A stretch of DNA of 63,357 nt, the filler included, from Octopus bimaculoides (Eukaryota): the NCBI RefSeq assembly GCF_001194135.2. It is 4 parts of 3 records of this genome, joined end to end, with 100 filler letters (N's around TTAATTAATTAA, not from the genome) between each part and the next. Parts side by side here need not be neighbours in the genome. Positions count along the whole stretch, not along the records: positions 30,413 to 52,952 come from NC_068982.1; positions 53,053 to 57,910 come from NC_069006.1; positions 58,011 to 63,357 come from NW_026420341.1; 1 more part is not named here. One strand, given 5' to 3'. The notes beneath the pieces are model-generated. The model was not told the origin of the DNA. It worked only from the letters and a program-made list of their open reading frames with translations, and did not search any database. Below, in pieces: positions 48,181 to 60,325 of this stretch. The position numbers were made by a program, and so were the translations under genes. Within the stretch, counting starts at the first letter, position 1; each line of letters opens with the position of its first letter.

Positions 48181-50009
48181 TGTGTCATTTTTAGTAGTTT
48201 ACAGGTGTAGTGACAGACAAATACAATCAAAATAAACAATACATAAATATATAAGCTGATAAAACATAAAAAAGTTCAGGTTGCCTATAAATTATCATTC
48301 TCTCTTAAGCACCAGGAGAATAAAATGAAGAATATAATGGAGAATAAAATGAAGTATTTAGAAAGATTAAAGTGACGAAGACACTATTTTAAGCAAATAA
48401 TGACGTTCATTCCATTTTCTATCATTTATCTGATTATATGAAATCTACACATATTATGTGTAACACAACAGGACCATTATCACTGTATGATGACATCAGG
48501 TAGCCAATAAACGTTCACAAGATTTGTATAGCATTCTACAAGGCTTTTGCTACTATATATCATTGCAATTATGCAAAATTATCGTAAGTCCAAAACGTTG
48601 CTTTTTCAGAAAACGAAAATAATAGTTTCACCAATCCATAGCAAAACCGTTGTACTACACTTTGACAGTTTTCATATCTTGGTACCTGAAGCAGCTGGAA
48701 ATACGATAGCCTCACTAAAAGAACCGGCTATTACAAGCCCAAATAAAAACTAAAAAAAAAAAACGCATTATATTACCCTATAGACTGTGACTGAATTTTA
48801 CTTCTTTCGATTTTCCGTCAGTAAGATAATTTATCCAAAAATTTTGTTTTATATTTATGTACGTTATGAAAAGAAACTGAAAACATCCGAAATCCTTTTG
48901 ATCTGCATGATAAAAGTAATAAATAGTTGAATATAATTTTGTCGTGTAAAAGCTTTTACAAATCTCACCTCTGGGCATAACTTTATCACAACAAAATAGT
49001 GATTTTGTTTTTAAATACCCAATAGCATATGGATATATTTTCACACGATTAGTACTTGTGTCCTTATGTAGCACAAAGGCCTGCCTTTCAACCGTTAAGC
49101 ATTATAAAATTGTATAATAAGAATATATTAATGTCGAGAATAATACTAGCATTGAGGTGGAATATCATCTCCTATGAATGCATGAGTCGCCCAATAGGCC
49201 ACTGTCTTCAAAATGCCGAATGCACTCAACGGAGAGATATCTTTTGTGGGGCCTTGAATGAAATTTGCGAGATTATGATTTTCTTTGGTGGAAAGATTTT
49301 CACGGCGAAGTAAATAACTCACTTCATAGTTGTGACCTTTAAAAACTCTTGTCCTGTTCACCTTTGGGAACAGAACACATTATATGGCAACGGAAGTGTT
49401 ACCATATAAGCGATAAATAGTGCAACATTTACATCATATTATGCTATTTCAGAAAACGTTGCAATATTCACCGTCAATGATCTTGAAACAGTCTCAACAC
49501 TGAATTCGTGACATCTTATAACGCCATCTTACGATTTATCTAAGGACTACAAAACCAAGAAAACTTCTCATAAATTTTAATTAAGCATAATTTGGACCAC
49601 GCTTTCCGCTATTAACTTGCACCTAAATATTATAACACATATTGTAAGAGCCTGTTAATACGGAAATTGAATCATTATATTGCTGCGATGAACAGAACTT
49701 TGAGTTAACACGTTTAGACTAGTAACTTAGTAATACCATTACATAAATTGTGCTGAAATTTTATTTTCAACTGAAATTTTAATTAGAATAGAAAGAACTA
49801 ATTATTTCTATGACAATAAGGTTGTCTACCATTAAGCAGATGCTTTGCAGTTGCCAGTTAAAACACGGAATGCACTGCGTATCAAGCCAGTGAACAAACG
49901 GTAATGAATGTCTCGTTTGTCAAACTTCAACAATTCACTCCTCTATAACGCTGCTAACGCAAATACTTAGACTTGAGTACCGGTATTTAGTGCTCTTCTA
50001 CCATAACTG

Positions 50010-50012
50010 TCA

Positions 50013-50054
<42 letters not shown>

Positions 50055-50110
50055 ATATATATATATATATATAGATAGATAGATAGATATCTAGCTAGCT
50101 AGCTAGCTAT
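50010..50110. repeat. (CTAT)n-(TA)n-(AGAT)n-(CTAG)n compound microsatellite
   Basis: Directly visible. Confidence 0.95.
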
Positions 50111-50434
50111 CTATCTATTCATCTATTTGTCTGTCTGTCTGTAATATGTCTATGTATGTAGGTATATAGTTCCAAAGGCAGCTGCCATCGTTTATGTCCA
50201 TAGCTGTGCTCGTCTTCAATCGGGTAGAAAATATATTTTAGGTAAAACCACAGGAGTTGATCAGCTGTTGGTGTGAATATTGGTGTGAATTAGTCACATA
50301 AAAAACTTCTTAACAAAATCAGGGCTAAATAGTCATATGACGTTCTTTGTGGAAACTGATGCGGAAGTTACAATCATATGACTCCTATGAGAACATGTTT
50401 ACGCTTGAAATTTAATTGATGTACGCTATATTTA

Positions 50435-50466
<32 letters not shown>

Positions 50467-50708
50467 GGTGTGTGTTTGCATGCGTGCCTGTGTGTGTATG
50501 CGTATAACAACATAAAACATTATTGATCGTTTATAATCTATCAAGTTATAATCAGTCGTTTTATGTTTATCTACATATACTCAGTACAACATTCAAAACT
50601 GGATTGCGACTACAATACTCGAACGGTCATTCACATTGTATTCTAAATACTAATTATTTGCCATTCAACAGATATATCTGCATATCTGTTAGATATATAT
50701 ATACATGT

Positions 50709-50772
<64 letters not shown>

Positions 50773-50787
50773 ATGTATGCATGTATG

Positions 50788-50829
<42 letters not shown>

Positions 50830-50880
50830 TATATACACCATTATTTACACACGCGCACGCACAGACATGTGTGTGTGTGA
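50435..50880. repeat. (TG)/(TATG)/(TA) microsatellite blocks
   Basis: Runs at about 50435-50500 and 50700-50880. Confidence 0.9.
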
Positions 50881-51378
50881 GTTTATATACGTGTGTATTT
50901 ATGTGTTTGAATTTACTACGCTTTATTGTTATATATTTTTCTTGAAGATCATGCGCCTCGCGTATGGAACATTTCAAGAAATATCCTAAATAACCTTATA
51001 TTTCGATGAAATAAAATTCTGATTCGTGTCTCGTTACATCACTACAGATAGTTTTCATACGCCACCGGCTGGGACTAAATATTAGGTATATCTATAACTA
51101 AATTTGTTTTTGTCATTGATGCTCAAAATACATCAACCATCTAAGATACTTCGGAATAGTGTTCTAGCCAAATTTTAATTTTGGCCCTCAAAGGAGCTCG
51201 AAGAACTAAATTAACTTGAATGTTGTCACTTTACCTACTAAAACAATGGATCACATTCCCTTTACATTGCACCGTTTATAAATATTGATTACACCGAATA
51301 TACATATCAAGAAGACTGGATTGCCATTGATTACATTGATTTGCTTAATCGAAGTTAATGTTCGTATATATAACCTAG

Positions 51379-51591
51379 AAGGCAGCGACATGGCAGAATC
51401 GTTACGACGTCGAGTAAAATGCTTAACGGCATTTCGTCTTTACGTTCTGAGTTCAAATTCCGCTGAGGTCGACTTTGCCTTTCGTTCATTTGGAATCGAT
51501 AAAATAAGTACAGGTGAGCACTAGCATCAATGTAATTGACTTAACCTCATTCCAGATATTGCCGGCCTTGTCTCAAAATTTGAAACCAATA
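51379..51591 (+). mobile_element. Full-length family B SINE
   Basis: aaggcagcgacatggcagaatcgtta..gttctgagttcaaattccgctgaggtcgactttgcctttc..gataaaataagtacaggtgagcact..ggccttgtctcaaaatttgaaaccaata. Confidence 0.88.
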
Positions 51592-52609
51592 TAAACAACA
51601 TCTGCAATACTTCTTTAAAGTAAGTATCTTTGTTTTCCTCTTAAGTTTTTCGTTCATATCAAACCTTGCATATAATCCGAATTTTCGTTGAATTCTCACT
51701 GTACTCACAGCAGCACACTTAATGCCATCTAGTCATCAATATTTGATAAATGTTTCGTAAATAGTTGGAAATCCTAAATTCAATGCTCGTTGCCATATAA
51801 TGCAGATGTTTCCGGGTAGTTTTATGTTTGCACCGATTGCTTGTGTCGTAACTTTCACTGTATCGGTTATAAGAAGCTATAATTTTAATACTTATGTGAT
51901 TTTCTTTCCTCTCCCAGCCTATAGCAACAAGATTGATTGAATCTTAATATTAATTCTTGTTTACTGCCATCAGTACAAATATAAGCTCTCATTCTGCTAC
52001 ATCCTAGCAACATATTGTATTTATAGTGTATTTTCTGTTGATAAAGTGTCAATACTAACCTAACATTCAACTACACAGAGCTATCAGGTTTAAGATTGTT
52101 CCTGCTACACATTTCAAATAACTGTATTCTACTTAATTCAATCGCTGTCGAAAATATTCAGTAGGAATATACTAAATATTCTGGGCTTACATGCTCCTCT
52201 TTCACAAATACATTGTGTATATAACTTTATATCGGATATCAGTCGCATTATTTAAGTTCCACTTAAAGAAAAGTATTATGCTATTCATATTTAGCATATT
52301 CTTTTGAAAAGTCTTCTTTCATTGCACAGATTTTACCTTAAAATGTAACAACAATGATTTTAAAACTTATGAATGAAGTTACTCCATTTCCAATAGGCAT
52401 CTTATAACTCCAGAATTATTGTAACTCCAGAAATTGACATATATATTATGTAACAAAATTTCTCAAACAATCTAATCGAATGCCTAAGATTCAGAAATGA
52501 GGGAAAATACCACCTTCCAAACAATAACATTGTATATATCGGGTAAATGTAGATTTTATTCTGCATTTAAAATATCGGTTTCTGAAGTTTATTTTTATCT
52601 AATATTTGG

Positions 52610-52610
52610 C

Positions 52611-52678
<68 letters not shown>

Positions 52679-52689
52679 TAATAATAATA
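52610..52689. repeat. (AAT)n microsatellite at the 5' junction of a Dong-like fragment
   Basis: Directly visible. Confidence 0.98.
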
Positions 52690-52952
52690 AGATAATAAAG
52701 AAGTTCTTACAGCCTTCTACCATGCCATATATTTCCCTACAGATAAATCTAATACTGTACAAACCTACTTAAACTGGAGACAGAAACACCTTGAAGTAAG
52801 ACCCTACATAGACAGTAACAAACTTGCCAACGTCAGAAGAAACATTATGAAAAAAAATTACTAACTGAAGTAGAGATTGACCAAATTAAGCAAGCAGTAA
52901 GGGATAAAAAGAATGAAACTGCAGCTAAAGAAGATACTACAGAGGAAATAAT
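52690..52952 (+). mobile_element. Dong/R4-clade ORF N-terminal fragment starting in (TAA)n; remainder lost in a gap
   Basis: KEVLTAFYHAIYFPTDKSNTVQTYLNWRQKHLEVRPYIDSNKLANVRRNIMKK / LLTEVEIDQIKQAV resembles the R4/Dong N-terminal DNA-binding region (EVM.CYY..W...L..QRR.I...LS..E.E.IK). Confidence 0.7.
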
Positions 52953-53052
52953 NNNNNNNNNNNNNNNNNNNNNNNNNNNNNNNNNNNNNNNNNNNNTTAA
53001 TTAATTAANNNNNNNNNNNNNNNNNNNNNNNNNNNNNNNNNNNNNNNNNNNN

Positions 53053-54050
53053 TGTATCACTAATTTGGTGCCTCTGCGGGGATGGAGTGTGTGGTATGTG
53101 TAGCGATGTCATATGTATAAATTTTACTGAGGGTGTAGATATATATATCGTTATGTTCGTTGTTCTGTTTTCTTTCTGTAAAGGATAAAGCTGTTAGTTT
53201 TTTTTTTTTATATTAGCGTGCGGTGTGTAATGTATAATGTGAATGGAGTTGGGGTCTGTGTACATGTGGGGGTACAATTTGCGTGAGGGGGTATGTGGTG
53301 GGGATAGTTATATGCGGGGTGTCCACCTTATGGAGGTGTGCATATGTGTACATAGGTGCATTGGTGTGTGTGTCTTAGTCAAACTCTTTTTGCCGGGCCC
53401 AAGGGCATTGGTGGAAGGTCGAGGCAGGGGACCTGTGGTTGCAGTCATGGTGGGTCGCACAAGTACGATAGAATGTACTTTTCTTTCATGCGGACAAGGA
53501 TTAAACACTTCACTCCTGCTATTTGGGGTAAACATCCGGGCGTTGGGTATCTTTTAAAATCGTTCTCTTCTCAGCTAGGCATAATATGCACTTCTTGCTA
53601 CTATCGAAGTACGGCTTTGCATCTTTCTATGATCTTCCACTTTATGTTGTACTCCGTGGTGCTTTCTTTTAAAGCCCAGGCGCGCTTGGCTAGGGTTGTG
53701 ACGTTACGTCTCTTTGAGATATTGAATGAGGACTTGTGGTTATTAAAGAGATTTCTGAAGGGGCCTTCCGTTTCCCCTACATATTTCCGCACGCTCGGTT
53801 GTCTATTGGCTCCTGTTGCTGTTACATCTGCCTCGTAAACAACTGTTTCCGTATTGCATTGGCCGTTTTGTGGACAAGTTGTGTTACCCCTACATAAGCC
53901 TCTGCCTCAGTCTCGGGTCTGGGTCTCCCTACTAAAATCTTTTTTTACACTGGATTCACAGCTAAAGGATAACCTCAGAGTATGTCTATCAAATATTTTG
54001 TAGAATCTATTGGTACGGGAGAAGTGTCTATTGTAGAATCTATTGGTAGA
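53053..54050 (-). mobile_element. 5'-truncated Penelope-like retroelement (linker, GIY-YIG domain, 3' region)
   Basis: RHFSRTNRFYKIFDRHTLRLSFSCE / CRGNTTCPQNGQCNTETVVYEADVT..RKYVGETEGPFRNLFNNHKSSF..NVTTLAKRAWALKESTTEYNIKWKIIERCK / NSRSEVFNPCPHERK. The GIY-YIG signature is clear over 53450-54050; the extent below 53450 is inferred. Confidence 0.9.
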
Positions 54051-54053
54051 ATC

Positions 54054-54085
54054 TACAGTACACAATATATATATTGTGTACTGTA
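54054..54085. repeat. Perfect 32-bp palindrome
   Basis: tacagtacacaatata|tatattgtgtactgta. Confidence 0.97.
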
Positions 54086-54688
54086 AATAGTTCGTACGTT
54101 TGACTGGCAATCGACTTGGTTCGTTTGTTCTTTTTTTCAATCTTCAATTAGGATTAACTAATTTATATACGCATCTATTCCTATGTCCTGTTATTTGTCT
54201 TCTGAGTCCCAGTTAAGTTAAAATATTGTTTCGTTCTTTCAATGTCTGTATACTCTTTCTCGGTTCAAACAACAACGAAAGCGGTAGTTGTTAGGGTATT
54301 TCTTTTCTATTGTTTTCTTCCCGATTGAAACACAGTAAGACGAAAGCCTTTGAAGTGATGATGGACGACAAGATAAATCGGTGAATGAAACGCTACCAAT
54401 GTTACGTATAATCTTTCGTTAGTGTCAAATATAGTTATTTTCATATTTTCCGTACAACAATCGTTATTGTTAGGCCGCGTTTTAAAGTTTATTAATATTT
54501 AATGTGTTCAATGGTGCAATAAAAAAAAACTGAACGATTTAACTTGTATTGTTGTAACAAAACCAATTCATGAAAAGAAATACGGCTGGTTGTAAATGTT
54601 TGTTGGTAAATAATTCTATAGAAAAATTGCGGTGACCTGTTTTTCGTTTGTTTGTCGGTCGAACCTCTGTAATGTTATTAGTGTCGTT

Positions 54689-54750
54689 AAGATAAAATGA
54701 AATGACTTTGTTGAGAAGATAAAATGAAATGACTTTGTTGAGAAGATAAT
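54689..54750. repeat. 27-bp tandem duplication
   Basis: aagataaaatgaaatgactttgttgag twice plus a partial third unit. Confidence 0.93.
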
Positions 54751-54860
54751 GAATGAACTTGCAAGGCCATGTGTCATCGGTTCGAATCTAATGCCCGTTG
54801 TTTAAAATTTTTTTATTTTTTTATTTTGTTACTTCACTTTGGGTGCATGTCTCAGTTTGC

Positions 54861-55672
54861 GGATCTTTGTGATTTGACGGCCAACACTTGTTTTCTTAAC
54901 GAAACACTTTCAAACTTAGGACACTGGTAGAATGTGTCATACAGAACAACTTTTTCTCTTAGCCTTCTTAACAAAAAATTGTACATCGCAAGTTATTTCC
55001 TGCTAAAGTTGTCGTATTTCTGTAATTTCAACCAATCACTGACGTCTATTCAGCTGAATACAGTCAGTGCTCTTTCGTAAACAGTAAATTTCTGCCGGTG
55101 TTAAGTGTGTTATTCCCTGACATATTTCATCCAGTTTAATCGTAATTTATACGCATATATTGTTTATATAATAAATTNNNNNNNNNNNNNNNNNNNNNNN
55201 NNNNNNNNNNNNNNNNNNNNNNNNNNNNNNNNNNNNNNNNNNNNNNNNNNNNNNNNNNNNNNNNNNNNNNNNNNNNNNNNNNNNNNNNNNNNNNNNNNNN
55301 NNNNNNNNNNNNNNNNNNNNNNNNNNNNNNNNNNNNNNNNNNNNNAGCACTTGGTGGAGGTGCATTAATAATTCAAGTATTTTGATGGCTTTTTCCCCTT
55401 TGTTTACGAACAGTCTAGTTAATCGGAAATGTCAGAACTAACGGGGATTAATACCATATACACCGTCACAGCACAAACTGTATTCAACTGAATAGACGTC
55501 AGTGATTAGTTGAAATTATCGAAATAAGACAATTTTTAACGTGAAATAACTTCGAATACAAAATTTTTTATCTGTTCTATACCACAAAATATACAAGTAT
55601 ACGAAGTTTGAAAGTGTTTCGGTACCAAAAACACTACATAAAAAAATGTTGCCCGTCAAATCATAAAGGTCC
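54861..55672. mobile_element. Non-autonomous DNA transposon with about 200-bp imperfect TIRs and 8-bp TSD CAGTTTGC
   Basis: The left arm ggatctttgtgatttgacggccaaca..gaaacactttcaaactt..aatttcaaccaatcactgacgtctattcagctgaatacag is mirrored at 55470-55672. cagtttgc lies at both 54853-54860 and 55673-55680. Confidence 0.85.
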
Positions 55673-55682
55673 CAGTTTGCTT

Positions 55683-55870
55683 TTCATGAATGGGGTACCA
55701 AGATTTATGGGAACATTCTCTTTCATATCCTTTGAAGAACGGGTTATTAGGGTTTACGGCAACAGTATCTCTGTCTTTATCATGTATGAGATACCAATCT
55801 TTTCGGGAACATTCTCTCCGTTTGCCTTTCATTAATGGGGTACCAGAATTTACGGTAACATTCTTAAGTT
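55683..55870. repeat. Degenerate minisatellite, about four 45-50-bp units
   Basis: Recurring tcat.aatggggtacca..ttta.gg.aacattct motif at about 55685, 55730, 55780 and 55829. Confidence 0.65.
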
Positions 55871-56168
55871 TCATAAAGACACGAAGAAAAGCACAAGAAA
55901 TAATATCTGGGGATTCTTGCCAGAATATACGTAGAAGGGCCAAGTTTAAATAGTAATTTAATGACCATGGGGAAACGCATGAACGTCACTACATGCCGTT
56001 TACATTATTTCTCTCCTATAAGGGATGGAGTTAATTTGGTTTGATTTTTGATCACAAAATAAAATTGGAGACATTAACACAATTCGGCAATATTCTGGCC
56101 AATGGGTCAAAGGGATATCTCACCTTTTATTGATTTGTTTATTTTTATAGTGATATATTTATTCATTT

Positions 56169-56200
56169 ACTAGCAACGTATCCCGGCGTTGCCCGGGTGT
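56169..56200 (-). mobile_element. Helitron-type 3' terminus
   Basis: Minus strand reads cccgg-gcaacg-ccggg (GC hairpin), an 8-nt spacer, then CTAG followed by T, which is the canonical Helitron end. The body would extend rightwards toward the 56653 gap. Confidence 0.7.
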
Positions 56201-56266
56201 TATGCCCTACGGTCACATTGTATTAATTGTTCCTTTCTCATGGGAAGAATCGGCACAGCTGATATA

Positions 56267-56393
56267 CAGGGTGTCCACAAAGTCTGGGTACATGGGGATT
56301 AACACATACTTTAAGAAATTATTATTCCTTATGTTTAATTGTTTGTGTTATGATTTTATTTACTCCATGTACCCAGACCTTGTGGACACCCTG
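56267..56393. mobile_element. Tc1/mariner-type MITE, 127 bp
   Basis: 29-bp TIRs cagggtgtccacaaagtctgggtacatgg and ccatgtacccagaccttgtggacaccctg (one mismatch), with a TA duplication on both sides. Confidence 0.93.
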
Positions 56394-57882
56394 TACAGTG
56401 AACTGGATTACTGGCGTAATGGAAGTTATTGCTTGTTTAAAAGTGAAGGAAGAGGATACAATTTGCGTGGGTTTGCATGAAAGTGCTTTCTGTTCTTAGG
56501 AAGGATCACAAACCATGTATTGTTTCATGGTATAAAAGGGGGTTAATATGATTTTGCCCAGAAATCACGTTTTTAAGATTTTAATTTTCCCCCGTCCCTA
56601 CCGAAATTTTTTCATTTGTAACTTTTTGTTTTTAAATTTTTTTTTTTTTTTTNNNNNNNNNNNNNNNNNNNNNNNNNNNNNNNNNNNNNNNNNNNNNNNN
56701 NNNNNNNNNNNNNNNNNNNNNNNNNNNNNNNNNNNNNNNNNNNNNNNNNNNNNNNNNNNNNNNNNNNNNNNNNNNNNNNNNNNNNNNNNNNNNNNNNNNN
56801 NNNNNNNNNNNNNNNNNNNNNNNNNNNNNNNNNNNNNNNNNNNNNNNNNNNNNNNNNNNNNNNNNNNNNNNNNNNNNNNNNNNNNNNNNNNNNNNNNNNN
56901 NNNNNNNNNNNNNNNNNNNNNNNNNNNNNNNNNNNNNNNNNNNNNNNNNNNNNNNNNNNNNNNNNNNNNNNNNNNNNNNNNNNNNNNNNNNNNNNNNNNN
57001 NNNNNNNNNNNNNNNNNNNNNNNNNNNNNNNNNNNNNNNNNNNNNNNNNNNNNNNNNNNNNNNNNNNNNNNNNNNNNNNNNNNNNNNNNNNNNNNNNNNN
57101 NNNNNNNNNNNNNNNNNNNNNNNNNNNNNNNNNNNNNNNNNNNNNNNNNNNNNNNNNNNNNNNNNNNNNNNNNNNNNNNNNNNNNNNNNNNNNNNNNNNN
57201 NNNNNNNNNNNNNNNNNNNNNNNNNNNNNNNNNNNNNNNNNNNNNNNNNNNNNAAGTTTATATCAAAGATCAGGTTTTTAAATATACTCATTACGAACAT
57301 AAATTGCAGAGACCCCCTCCAGTCACAAATGGCCATGGGATTGCACCTAGAAAGTTACCCTCCCAGGCACAAGTCTGGACAAGGTTGTTTATGGAAGACC
57401 AGCAGTTGCCCATGCATACCATCCTCCCCTCTCCATGCCACCAATGTCATCCAAGAGAAAGGCAAAATGTCTTTGCCACTTGACCCTTCTGACCTCTTCT
57501 AGGCCACCAGGGGCTGGAATAGAGATAACAGACCTCCAACAAAATCATTTGTTCTCAACAATATGTCTATCCTTCTGGCCGCTTTTCGATCGTTATAAAA
57601 ACAAGAACTCAGTAAGCTAAAGGCAGTTACTGAGAGCGACCATCAGTGAGTGTGAACGTTGTTCTTGCACTTTCTTCAAACACTTCATTCATATATTTAT
57701 ACAACCTCTCTCGCCAATCTCCAACAATCTCTCCCTCCTCCAGCTGACAGTTTTTTGTACTTTTTCGTGACAGGAAATACACCTCTTGTGGCAGTTATAA
57801 CGAAATTGCTTTCTTATATCAGAGAAATAAGGTGTTTCAATAGAACATCTTTACCTCCGGGAATTACTGGGTACACCATCTA

Positions 57883-58520
57883 GTATATATATATATATAT
57901 ATATATATATNNNNNNNNNNNNNNNNNNNNNNNNNNNNNNNNNNNNNNNNNNNNTTAATTAATTAANNNNNNNNNNNNNNNNNNNNNNNNNNNNNNNNNN
58001 NNNNNNNNNNATATATATATATATATGTGTATTTATATATATATATATTTATATATATGTGTGTGTGCGTGCATGTATGTATGCATGTATGCATACATAT
58101 TTTATATGTATATATATATATGTATGTATATAAAATTGCATATGCATGTGTGTGCATATATGTATATACTTATATATATGTGTGTGTATATATATATATA
58201 TACTTATATATACGTGAATTTATATATATTTATATGTGTGTGTACATATGTGTGTTTATATATATTTATATGTGTGCGTACATATGTGCGTTTATATATA
58301 TTTATAAGTGTGTGTACATATACGTGTATATATATGTATATGTGTTTCAATCTGTCTATTTATCTGTCTATCTATCAATAATATATATATATACACACAC
58401 ATATATATATATTTATATGTGCATGCATATATGTATTTATATGTACATTATATTTATATGTGTGTATATATGTATTTATATGTGCATATATGTCTGTGTG
58501 TGCTTGTGTGTGTGTGTGTG
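57883..58520. repeat. (TA)/(TG) degenerate microsatellite field
   Basis: Directly visible. Confidence 0.93.
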
Positions 58521-58714
58521 TACATTCGGCTTAACCCCTGTCACATAACTGATCATCTTCAAACAGGACTGAGTGTGGATGCTGGGGAAAGGTAGCACCC
58601 ACCCCCTGTTTATATTCCTTTTATAGCATGACCATTATTGATTTATCAGTTAGTAGAAGGTTTTGATTTGGGCTATTCCTTTCCGCTCTCATTCTTCAAA
58701 TCCTTCATTTTTAC

Positions 58715-58988
58715 CATTATTATTATTATTATTATGATTATTATTATTATTATTATTGGCAATATTTTACATTTTATTGTTTTGTATCTCTTTTGTTTGT
58801 TTATTCTTAAATATTTTTTCTCCTCTCCTTCCAACCCCTGTCTGTCTTTTTCTCTCTTTCCCTCTGTGATCTCACCTTTACCTTAAAAACAATGTTTCAT
58901 TAGTATTGTTGTCGTCATGGTCATCCTGCTCCTCCTCGTCATCATCATCATCCTCAACATCCTCATCATAGTTATCATCATCATCCTC

Positions 58989-59026
<38 letters not shown>

Positions 59027-59030
59027 TTTC
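58715..59030. repeat. (TTA)n and (CAT)n repeats
   Basis: Runs at about 58715-58758 and 58900-59030. Confidence 0.88.
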
Positions 59031-59189
59031 AAGGGGCACAGTTTGGCTGGTTCTTGTATTGTTCGCAGTCTGTGTGTGCCAAGTTTGCATCAAAAAAGCT
59101 AAGTCATGTTACATAGACATTATAGCATCATCATTTCATTCCATCTTTCCATACAGGCATGGACTGGAGTTTTACATTTATAAAGGTGT

Positions 59190-59194
59190 ATGTA

Positions 59195-59244
<50 letters not shown>

Positions 59245-59695
59245 NNNNNNNNNNNNNNNNNNNNNNNNNNNNNNNNNNNNNNNNNNNNNNNNNNNNNNNN
59301 NNNNNNNNNNNNNNNNNNNNNNNNNNNNNNNNNNNNNNNNNNNNNNNNNNNNNNNNNNNNNNNNNNNNNNNNNNNNNNNNNNNNNNNNNNNNNNNNNNNN
59401 NNNNNNNNNNNNNNNNNNNNNNNNNNNNNNNNNNNNNNNNNNNNNNNNNNNNNNNNNNNNNNNNNNNNNNNNNNNNNNNNNNNNNNNNNNNNNNNNNNNN
59501 NNNNNNNNNNNNNNNNNNNNNNNNNNNNNNNNNNNNNNNNNNNNNNNNNNNNNNNNNNNNNNNNNNNNNNNNNNNNNNNNNNNNNNNNNNNNNNNNNNNN
59601 NNNNNNNNNNNNNNNNNNNNNNNNNNNNNNNNNNNNNNNNNNNNNNNNNNNNNNNNNNNNNNNNNNNNNNNNNNNNNNNNNNNNNNNNNNNNNNN

Positions 59696-59734
<39 letters not shown>

Positions 59735-59750
59735 CACACACACACATATA
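59190..59750. repeat. (TA)n flanking an N gap, then (CA)n
   Basis: Directly visible. Confidence 0.93.
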
Positions 59751-60169
59751 TTCTTATACATAGATGCACTGGCATGCACATGTATGTTAATATCTATTAT
59801 ATATGTGTATGCATATTTCTGTTTACACGTATACATATAATGGTATGCCTCTGTATGTGTGTATGTATGTGGCTGTGTAATTGTGTGTGTATGTGAGGTG
59901 TGCGTACAAACACATTATGCCTTTGTTCATAATAAAAATAAAAAATATCTAAAGGCTGTGTAAACATACAGCAGTAGTAATAATATTAATAGCAACAATG
60001 GTAATAAAAATATTAATGATAAAATGTTTCAAAGACAAGTTTTGATTGAATATGTGATAAAATGTAAATACAATAAAGTATAATAAAAGAAAATATCTGC
60101 ATATTAGATATGACCCTTTTATTCCATCCTCTTAGATCTTTTATCCCTAGCTTTCATTAAAATAACAAT

Positions 60170-60325
60170 AATAATTACAATAATGATAATATTACTAATA
60201 ATAACAGTAATAATGAAAATTCTATGTATTGTTTGTTTTCATCATTATTATTATTTTATTGTTATTTTTATTATTATTAATATTATTATTATTATTATTA
60301 TATTATTGTTATTATTATCATTATT
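60170..60325. repeat. Imperfect (AAT)n and (ATT)n tracts
   Basis: Directly visible. Confidence 0.85.

Noticed and set aside
54345-54405. gtgatgatggacgac..tgaaacgct near the Penelope copy as a hammerhead
   Set aside because: The first core base is wrong and no stem II pairing exists.
55683-55870. CRISPR-like array
   Set aside because: Units are degenerate and contiguous, with no constant repeat plus unique spacer structure; eukaryotic context with no cas genes.
425-59896. All ORFs over 200 aa in the track (for example 425-1420, 14702-15922, 16340-17350, 56548-57483, 59059-59896)
   Set aside because: They are open only because they cross N gaps translated as X and are flanked by microsatellite translations.
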